A stretch of DNA of 64,000 bases. It comes from the human T2T-CHM13v2.0 reference genome, Homo sapiens. The first letter of the stretch is position 1, and every line of letters starts with the position of its first letter. Shown here piece after piece: positions 54,444-64,000 of the stretch. The stretch lies in NCBI RefSeq assembly GCF_009914755.1, contig NC_060946.1. One strand, 5' to 3'. The notes under the pieces were generated by a model. That model ran no database searches. It saw only the letters and a list, made by a program, of their open reading frames with translations, and had not been told where the DNA came from. A program made the translations under genes and the position numbers.

Positions 54444-57400
54444 ATTCTAAAAGACGACCGTTTCCATACTTCTCAATCAAAAGAATGGTTAAATTCTCTG
54501 AGGTTAATGCCCACGTCAGAATGAAGTTTCTCAGAATTCTCCTGTCTAGTTTCTATGTGAAGATATTTACTATTTCACTATAGGCTTCAAAGGTCTCAAA
54601 AATATCCCTTTGCAGATTCTACAAAAATACGGTTTCCACAGTGCTGAATTAAAAGAAACCTTCAACTCTGTCAGATGAATGGAGACATCACAAAGAAGTT
54701 CCTCGGAATGCTTCTGTCTAGTTTAAATGTGAAGATATTTCTCTTTCACCACAGACCTCAAATGGCTCAGAAATATGCCTTTGCAGATTGCAGAAAAAGA
54801 CTGTCTCTAAACTGCTCAAATAAAATAAAGTTTCAACACTGTGAGATGAATGCACACATCACAAAGAAGTTTCTCAGAAAGCTTCTGTCTAGTTTTTATG
54901 TGAAGATATTTCCTTTTTCACCATAGTCCTTACACCGCTCACAAATATCCTTCTGCAGATACTGGAAAAAGACTGTTTCCAAACTGCTCCATCAAAAGAA
55001 AATTTCACCTACCTGAGATGAATGCACACATCATAAAGAAGTTTCTCAGAATTCTTCTGTCTAGATTTTATGTGAAGATATTTCCATTTTCACCTTAGGC
55101 CACAAAGCGCTCCAAACATCCCTTTGCAGATGATACGAAAAGACTGTTTCCAAACTGCTCAATCAAAAGAAACTTTCAACTCTGTGAGATGAAAGCACCC
55201 ATCACAAAAAAGTTTCTCAGAAATCTTCTGTCTAGTTTTTATCTCAAGATAATTCCTATTTTGCCATAGGAATCAAGGGGCTCACAAATATCCCTTTGCA
55301 GATTCTACAAAAGTTCTGTTTACAAACCTCTCAATCAAAAGAAACGTTCAACATTGTGAGATGAATGAACACATCACAAAGAAGTTTCTCAGAATGCTTC
55401 TGTCTGGTTACTCTGTGAAGATATTTCTTTTTTCACCACAGTCTTTAAGCCACTCAAAAATATCTGTCTGCAGACACTACAAAAAGACTGTTTCCAAACT
55501 GGCCCATATAGCATGTTTCAACTATGTGAAATGAATGCACTCATCAAAGAGAAGTTTCTCAGAATTCTTCTGTCTAGTTTTTATGTGAAGATATTTCCTT
55601 CTTCACCGTAGGCCGCAAATTGCTCCAAATATCCATTTGCGGATTCTACAGAAAGAATGTTTCCAAACTGGTCAATCAACAGAAAGGCTCAACTCTGTGA
55701 GACGAAAGCACACATCACAAAGAAGTTTCTCAGAAAGCTTCTGTCTGCATTTTATGTGAAGGTATTTCCTTTGGCACCTTAGGCCTTAAACCACTCACAA
55801 ACATAACTCCGCTTATACTACCAAGAGACTTTCTCCAAATTGCTAAATCAAAAGAAACGTTCAACTCTGTGAGATGAATACACACATCAAAAAGAAGTTT
55901 CTCAAAATGCTTCTGTCTAGTTTTCATGTGAAGATATTTATTTTTCACCATTGGCCCCAAACGGCTCAGAAATGTCCCTTTGCAGTTTGTAGGAAAAGAC
56001 TGTTTCCAAACTGCTCAATGAGAAGAAATGGTCAACTATTAGAGATGAATGGACATGTCACAAAGAGTTTTCTCAAAAAGCTACTGTGTCGTTTTTATGT
56101 GAAGACGTTTCCTTTTTCACTCTAGGCCTTAAAACTCTCTAAATATACATTCACAGATTCTACAAAAAGACTGATTCCAAACTGCTCAATCAGAAGAAAG
56201 GTTCAATTCCGTGTGACAAACGTGCACATCACAAAGAAATTTGTCAGAAAGCTTCTGTCTACTTTTTATGTGAAGATATTTCATATTTCAACAAAGGCCA
56301 TAAAGGGCTCACAAATATCCCTTTGCAGATTCTAAGAAAAGACATTTTCCAAGCTCCTCAATCAAAAGAAAGGTTTCACTCTGTGCGATGAATGGACACA
56401 TCACAAAGAAGTTTCTCAGAAAGCTTCTGTCTACTTTTTATGTGAGGCTATTTCTTGTTCACCATAGGCCTCGAGCAGCTAAGAAATTTCCCTCTGCAGC
56501 TTCTACAAAAGACTGGTTCCAAACTGCTCAACTGAAAGGAAGGTTGAATTCTGTGACATGAATTCACACATCACAAAGAGGTTTTTCAGAAATCTTCTGT
56601 CTTGTTTTTATGTGAAGATACTTCCTTTTTCACCAAGGGCCTCAAATATCTCCAAATATCCATTTGCAGATTCTACAGAAAGACTTCCCAAACTGCTCAA
56701 TCAAAAGAAAGGTTCAACACAGTGAGATGAAGGCACACATCACAAAGAAGTTTCTCAGAAATCTCCTGTCTAGTTTTTGTGTGAAGATACTTCGTATTTC
56801 ACCACAGGCCATAAGGGGCTCACAAATATCCCTTTGCAGGTTCTACAAAAAGACAGTTTCCAAACTGCTCAATCAAAAGAAAGGTTCAACTCTGTGACGT
56901 GAATGGACACATCACAAAAAATTTCTCGGAATGATTCCGTCTAGTTTTAATGGGAAGATGTTTCTCTTTCACCAGAAGCCTCAAAAGGATCAGAATTCTC
57001 CCTTTGCAGATTGTACAATAAGCCTCTTTCCAATCTGCTCAACCAAAAGAAAGTTTCAACTCTGTAAGGTGAATGCACACATCACAAGGGAGTTTCTCCG
57101 AAAGCTTCTGTTTAGTTTTTACGTGAAGATGTTTCGTTTTTCAACATGGGCCTCAAAAGCTCTCCAAATATCCACTTGCAGATTCTAGAAAAAGAGTGTT
57201 TCCAAACTCCTCAATCAAAAGAAAGTTTCAATTCTGTGAGATGAAAGCACACATCACACCGAAGTTTCTTAGAAAGCTTCTGTCTAGTTTTTATGTGAAG
57301 ATACTTCACAGTGCATCATAGTGCTCAATGGGCTCAGAAATATCCCTTGGCAGATTCTACAAAAGGACTGTTTCAAAACTGCTCAATCCAAAGAAAGTTT

Positions 57401-57868
57401 CAACTATGTGAGATGAATGCACACATCACAAAGAAGTTCCTCAGAATGCTTCTGTCTAGTTTATATGTGAAGAAGATTCCTATTTCACCATAGGCAATAA
57501 AGGGCTCACAAATATTTTTTGCAGATTCTACAAAAAGACTGTGTCCAAACTGCTCAATAAAAAGAAAGTTTTAACTCTGTTAGATTAACGGACACATCGA
57601 AAAGTACTTTCTCAGAAAACTTCTGTTTAGTTTTTATGTAAAGATATTTCCTTTGCCACCATTGGCCTCATATCAGTCTTAATAACTATTTACAGATTTC
57701 ACAAAAAGAGTGTTTCCAAACAGCTCAATCAAAAGAAAGTGTTTAACTCTGTGAGGTGAAAGCACACATCTCAATGAAGTTTCTCAGAACGCTTCGGTCT
57801 ACTTTTCATGTGAAGATATTTCCAGTTTCACCGTAGGCCTCAAAGGGCTAAGAAATATCCCTTTCCAG
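54444..57868 (-). repeat. HOR unit U17 (20-mer, 3425 bp, mosaic C/D copy carrying a mutation cluster)
   Basis: Mixes C alleles (cctcgag 56470, aagacagttt) with D-like alleles (tcaccatagtcc, ctgcattttat); cluster at 57607-57687. Confidence 0.88.
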
Positions 57869-60800
57869 ATTCTAAAAGACGACCGTTTCCATACTTCTCA
57901 ATCAAAAGAAAGGTTAAATTCTCTGAGGTTAATGCCCACGTCAGAATGAAGTTTCTCAGAATTCTCCTGTCTAGTTTCTATGTGAAGATATTTACTATTT
58001 CACTATAGGCTTCAAAGGTCTCAAAAATATCCCTTTGCAGATTCTACAAAAATACGGTTTCCACAGTGCTGAATTAAAAGAAACCTTCAACTCTGTCAGA
58101 TGAATGGAGACATCACAAAGAAGTTCCTCGGAATGCTTCTGTCTAGTTTAAATGTGAAGATATTTCTCTTTCACCACAGACCTCAAATGGCTCAGAAATA
58201 TGCCTTTGCAGATTGCAGAAAAAGACTGTCTCTAAACTGCTCAAATAAAATAAAGTTTCAACACTGTGAGATGAATGCACACATCACAAAGAAGTTTCTC
58301 AGAGAGCTTCTGTCTAGTTTTTATGTGAAGATATTTCCTTTTTCACCATAGTCCTTACACCGCTCACAAATATCCTTCTGCAGATACTAGAAAAAGACTG
58401 TTTCCAAACTGCTCCATCAAAAGAAAATTTCACCTACCTGAGATGAATGCACACATCATAAAGAAGTTTCTCAGAATTCTTCTGTCTAGATTTTATGTGA
58501 AGATATTTCCATTTTCACCTTAGGCCACAAAGCGCTCCAAACATCCCTTTGCAGATGATACGAAAAGACTGTGTCCAAACTGCTCAATCAAAAGAAATTT
58601 TCAACTCTGTGAGATGAAAGCACCCATCACAAAAAAGTTTCTCAGAAATCTTCTGTCTAGTTTTTATCTCAAGAGAATTCCTATTTTGCCATAGGAATCA
58701 AGGGGCTCACAAATATCCCTTTGCAGATTCTACAAAAGTTGTGTTTACAAACCTCTCAATCAAAAGAAACGTTCAACATTGTGAGATGAATGAACACATC
58801 ACAAAGAAGTTTCTCAGAATGCTTCTGTCTGGTTACTCTGTGAAGATATTTCTTTTTTCACCACAGTCTTTAAGCCACTCAAAAATATCTGTCTGCAGAC
58901 ACTACAAAAAGACTGTTTCCAAACTGGCCCATATAGCATGTTTCAACTATGTGAAATGAATGCACTCATCAAAGAGAAGTTTCTCAGAATTCTTCTGTCT
59001 AGTTTTTATGTGAAGATATTTCCTTCTTCACCGTAGGCCGCAAATTGCTCCAAATATCCATTTGCGGATTCTACAGAAAGAATGTTTCCAAACTGGTCAA
59101 TCAACAGAAAGGCTCAACTCTGTGAGACGAAAGCACACATCACAAAGAAGTTTCTCAGAAAGCTTCTGTCTGCATTTTATGTGAAGGTATTTCCTTTGGC
59201 ACCGTAGGCCTTAAACCACTCACAAACATAACTCCGCTTATACTACCAAGAGACTTTCTCCAAATTGCTAAATCAAAAGAAACGTTCAACTCTGAGAGAT
59301 GAATACACACATCAAAAAGAAGTTTCTCAAAATGCTTCTGTCTAGTTTTCATGTGAAGATATTTATTTTTCACCATTGGCCCCAAACGGCTCAGAAATGT
59401 CCCTTTGCAGTTTGTAGGAAAAGACTGTTTCCAAACTGCTCAATGAGAAGAAATGGTCAACTATTAGAGATGAATGGACATGTCACAAAGAGTTTTCTCA
59501 AAAAGCTACTGTGTCGTTTTTATGTGAAGACGTTTCCTTTTTCACTCTAGGCCTTAAAACTCTCTAAATATACATTCACAGATTCTACAAAAAGACTGAT
59601 TCCAAACTGCTCAATCAGAGGAAAGGTTCAATTCCGTGTGACAAACTTGCACATCACAAAGCAATTTGTCAGAAAGCTTCTGTCTACTTTTTATGTGAAG
59701 ATATTTCATATTTCAACAAAGGCCATAAAGGGCTCACGAATATCCCTTTGCAGATTCTAAGAAAAGACATTTTCCAAACTCCTCAATCAAAAGAAAGGTT
59801 TCACTCTGTGCAATGAATGGACACATCACAAAGAAGTTTCTCAGAAAGCTTCTGTCTACTTTTTATGTGAGGCTATTTCTTGTTCACCATAGGCCTCAAG
59901 CAGCTAAGAAATTTCCCTCTGCAGCTTCCACAAAAGACTGGTTCCAAACTGCTCAACTGAAAGGAAGGTTGAATTCTGTGACATGAATTCACACATCACA
60001 AAGAGGTTTTTCAGAAATCTTCTGTCTAGTTTTTGTGTGAAGATACTTCCTTTTTCACCAAGGGCCTCAAATATCTCCAAATATCCATTTGCAGATTCTA
60101 CAGAAAGACTTCCCAAACTGCTCAATCAAAAGAAAGGTTCAACACAGTGAGATGAAGGCACACATCACAAAGAAGTTTCTCAGAAATCTCCTGTCTAGTT
60201 TTTATGTGAAGATATTTCGTATTTCACCACAGGCCATAAGGGGCTCACAAATATCCCTTTGCAGGTTCTACAAAAAGACTGTTTTCAAACTGCTCAATCA
60301 AAAGAAAGGTTCAACTCTGTGACGTGAATGGACACATCACAAAAAATTTTTCGGAATCATTCCGTCTAGTTTTTATGGGAAGATGTTTCTCTTTCACCAG
60401 AAGCCTCAAACGGATCAGAATTCTCCCTTTGCAGATTGTACAATAAGCCTCTTTCCAATCTCCTCAATCAAAAGAAAGTTTCAACTCTGTGAGGTGAATG
60501 CACACATCAAAAGGGAGTTTCTCAGAAAGCTTCTGTTTAGTTTTTACGCGAAGATGTTTCGTTTTTCCACATGGGCCTCAAAATCTCTCCAAATATCCAT
60601 TTGCAGATTATAGAAAAAGAGTGTTTCCAAACTCCTCAATCAAAAGAAAGTTTCAATTCTGTGAGATGAAAGCACACATCACACCGAAGTTTCTTAGAAA
60701 GCTTCTGTCTAGTTTTTATGTGAAGATACTTCACAGTGCATCATAGTACTCAATGGGCTCAGAAATATCCCCTGGCAGATTCTACAAAAGGACTGTTTCA

Positions 60801-63800
60801 AAACTGCTCAATCCAAAGAAAGTTTCAACTATGTGAGATGAATGCACACATCAAAAAGGAGTTCTTCAGAATGCTTCTGTCTAGTTTATATGTGAAGATG
60901 ATTCCTATTTCACCATAGGCAATAAAGGGCTCACAAATATGTTTTGCAGATTCTACAAAAAGACTGTGTCCAAACTGCTCAATAAAAAGAAAGTTTTAAC
61001 TCTGTTAGATTAACGGACACATCGAAAAGTAGTTTCTCAGAAAACTTCTGTTTAGTTTTTATGAGAAGTTATTTCCTTTGTCACCATTGGCCTCAAAGCA
61101 CTCCTAATATCCATTTACAGATTTCACAAAAAGAGTGTTTCCAAACAGCTCAATCAAAAGAAAGTGTTTAACTCTGTGAGGTGAAAGCACACATCTCAAT
61201 GAAGTTTCTCAGAACGCTTCGGTCTACTTTTCATGTGAAGATATTTCCAGTTTCACCGTAGGCCTCAAAGGGCTAAGAAATATCCCTTTCCAGATTCTAA
61301 AAGACGACCGTTTCCATACTTCTCAATCAAAAGAAAGGTTAAATTCTCTGAGGTTAATGCCCACGTCAGAATGAAGTTTCTCAGAATTCTCCTGTCTAGT
61401 TTCTATGTGAAGATATTTACTATTTCACTATAGGCTTCAAAGGTCTCAAAAATATCCCTTTGCAGATTCTACAAAAATACGGTTTCCACAGTGCTGAATT
61501 AAAAGAAACCTTCAACTCTGTCAGATGAATGGAGACATCACAAAGAAGTTCCTCGGAATGCTTCTGTCTAGTTTAAATGTGAAGATATTTCTCTTTCACC
61601 ACAGACCTCAAATGGCTCAGAAATATGCCTTTGCAGATTGCAGAAAAAGACTGTCTCTAAACTGCTCAAATAAAATAAAGTTTCAACACTGTGAGATGAA
61701 TGCACACATCACAAAGAAGTTTCTCAGAGAGCTTCTGTCTAGTTTTTATGTGAAGATATTTCCTTTTTCACCATAGTCCTTACACCGCTCACAAATATCC
61801 TTCTGCAGATACTAGAAAAAGACTGTTTCCAAACTGCTCCATCAAAAGAAAATTTCACCTACCTGAGATGAATGCACACATCATAAAGAAGTTTCTCAGA
61901 ATTCTTCTGTCTAGATTTTATGTGAAGATATTTCCATTTTCACCTTAGGCCACAAAGCGCTCCAAACATCCCTTTGCAGATGATACGAAAAGACTGTGTC
62001 CAAACTGCTCAATCAAAAGAAATTTTCAACTCTGTGAGATGAAAGCACCCATCACAAAAAAGTTTCTCAGAAATCTTCTGTCTAGTTTTTATCTCAAGAG
62101 AATTCCTATTTTGCCATAGGAATCAAGGGGCTCACAAATATCCCTTTGCAGATTCTACAAAAGTTGTGTTTACAAACCTCTCAATCAAAAGAAACGTTCA
62201 ACATTGTGAGATGAATGAACACATCACAAAGAAGTTTCTCAGAATGCTTCTGTCTGGTTACTCTGTGAAGATATTTCTTTTTTCACCACAGTCTTTAAGC
62301 CACTCAAAAATATCTGTCTGCAGACACTACAAAAAGACTGTTTCCAAACTGGCCCATATAGCATGTTTCAACTATGTGAAATGAATGCACTCATCAAAGA
62401 GAAGTTTCTCAGAATTCTTCTGTCTAGTTTTTATGTGAAGATATTTCCTTCTTCACCGTAGGCCGCAAATTGCTCCAAATATCCATTTGCGGATTCTACA
62501 GAAAGAATGTTTCCAAACTGGTCAATCAACAGAAAGGCTCAACTCTGTGAGACGAAAGCACACATCACAAAGAAGTTTCTCAGAAAGCTTCTGTCTGCAT
62601 TTTATGTGAAGGTATTTCCTTTGGCACCGTAGGCCTTAAACCACTCACAAACATAACTCCGCTTATACTACCAAGAGACTTTCTCCAAATTGCTAAATCA
62701 AAAGAAACGTTCAACTCTGAGAGATGAATACACACATCAAAAAGAAGTTTCTCAAAATGCTTCTGTCTAGTTTTCATGTGAAGATATTTATTTTTCACCA
62801 TTGGCCCCAAACGGCTCAGAAATGTCCCTTTGCAGTTTGTAGGAAAAGACTGTTTCCAAACTGCTCAATGAGAAGAAATGGTCAACTATTAGAGATGAAT
62901 GGACATGTCACAAAGAGTTTTCTCAAAAAGCTACTGTGTCGTTTTTATGTGAAGACGTTTCCTTTTTCACTCTAGGCCTTAAAACTCTCTAAATATACAT
63001 TCACAGATTCTACAAAAAGACTGATTCCAAACTGCTCAATCAGAGGAAAGGTTCAATTCCGTGTGACAAACTTGCACATCACAAAGCAATTTGTCAGAAA
63101 GCTTCTGTCTACTTTTTATGTGAAGATATTTCATATTTCAACAAAGGCCATAAAGGGCTCACGAATATCCCTTTGCAGATTCTAAGAAAAGACATTTTCC
63201 AAACTCCTCAATCAAAAGAAAGGTTTCACTCTGTGCAATGAATGGACACATCACAAAGAAGTTTCTCAGAAAGCTTCTGTCTACTTTTTATGTGAGGCTA
63301 TTTCTTGTTCACCATAGGCCTCAAGCAGCTAAGAAATTTCCCTCTGCAGCTTCCACAAAAGACTGGTTCCAAACTGCTCAACTGAAAGGAAGGTTGAATT
63401 CTGTGACATGAATTCACACATCACAAAGAGGTTTTTCAGAAATCTTCTGTCTAGTTTTTGTGTGAAGATACTTCCTTTTTCACCAAGGGCCTCAAATATC
63501 TCCAAATATCCATTTGCAGATTCTACAGAAAGACTTCCCAAACTGCTCAATCAAAAGAAAGGTTCAACACAGTGAGATGAAGGCACACATCACAAAGAAG
63601 TTTCTCAGAAATCTCCTGTCTAGTTTTTATGTGAAGATATTTCGTATTTCACCACAGGCCATAAGGGGCTCACAAATATCCCTTTGCAGGTTCTACAAAA
63701 AGACTGTTTTCAAACTGCTCAATCAAAAGAAAGGTTCAACTCTGTGACGTGAATGGACACATCACAAAAAATTTTTCGGAATCATTCCGTCTAGTTTTTA

Positions 63801-64000
63801 TGGGAAGATGTTTCTCTTTCACCAGAAGCCTCAAACGGATCAGAATTCTCCCTTTGCAGATTGTACAATAAGCCTCTTTCCAATCTCCTCAATCAAAAGA
63901 AAGTTTCAACTCTGTGAGGTGAATGCACACATCAAAAGGGAGTTTCTCAGAAAGCTTCTGTTTAGTTTTTACGCGAAGATGTTTCGTTTTTCCACATGGG
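57869..64000 (-). repeat. HOR units U18 (57869-61293) and partial U19 (61294-64000), haplotype D
   Basis: Shared alleles agagagcttc, aagagaattc, gttgtgttt, tctgagagat, agaggaaagg, aacttgcac, ctcacgaat, ggaatcattcc; period 3425. Confidence 0.93.

Larger units (their letters stand above)
1..64000 (-). repeat. Alpha-satellite (ALR/alphoid) higher-order repeat array: ~171-bp monomers in a 20-mer HOR of ~3424-3425 bp, about 18.8 copies
   Basis: The + strand repeats gaatgcacacatcacaaagaagtttctcagaa...cttctgtctagtttttatgtgaagatatttcc every ~171 bp. This is the reverse complement of the canonical alphoid CATTCTCAGAAACTTCTTTGTGATGTGTGCATTC. There are 20 copies of the aagaagtttctcaga-like anchor in 1-3424. 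Identical ORFs recur at 232, 3656, 7080 ... 61525. Confidence 0.99.

Noticed and set aside
57661-57695. Micro-inversion or foreign insertion as the explanation of the mutation cluster
   Set aside because: Length is unchanged, 11 of the 17 bases still match the consensus, and the reverse complement does not match the local consensus.
232-63747. Many 60-89 aa ORFs (MNGDITKKF..., MQILQKDF..., etc.) repeated with the HOR period
   Set aside because: These are chance translations of alphoid monomers. They are mutually similar through the 171-bp (57-codon) repeat, often start at non-ATG codons, and are freely broken by stops or frameshifts between copies (e.g. U10, U12, U13-U15). There is no gene structure or known domain.
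1-64000. CRISPR-like repeat/spacer appearance
   Set aside because: The sequences between conserved motifs are homologous parts of 171-bp monomers, not unique spacers. There are no cas genes, and this is a eukaryotic satellite.
1-64000. L1/Alu/ERV insertions, inversions or other satellite families
   Set aside because: HOR spacing is accounted for to the base by 1-bp indels and one 341-bp deletion. There are no poly-A tails, target-site duplications or strand switches, and no HSat or beta-satellite motifs.

Overview
The whole 64-kb window is one uninterrupted, single-orientation primate (most likely human) alpha-satellite array. It contains about 374 monomers of ~171 bp, and the canonical orientation lies on the minus strand. 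The monomers form a 20-monomer higher-order repeat (HOR) of 3422-3425 bp, present as 18 complete units plus one partial unit. Unit 12 is an 18-mer caused by a 341-bp deletion. The monomers I inspected are A-type (pJalpha-box-like) and I found no CENP-B box. This fits an SF4/monomeric-derived, probably kinetochore-inactive HOR; S4C15H3 on chr15 is one untested candidate. I see no protein-coding genes, RNA genes, transposons, CRISPR arrays or inversions, and the listed ORFs are chance frames repeated with the HOR period. The informative structure is in the copy-to-copy variation. There are four HOR haplotype blocks (A: U1-U3a, B: U3b-U10, C: U12b-U16, D: U17b-U19), recombinant boundary copies, an alternating two-HOR (6848-bp) super-period, nested expansion layers, and a dense private mutation cluster at 57607-57687. 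I do not see evidence of a new gene-based biological system. All comparisons were made by eye.
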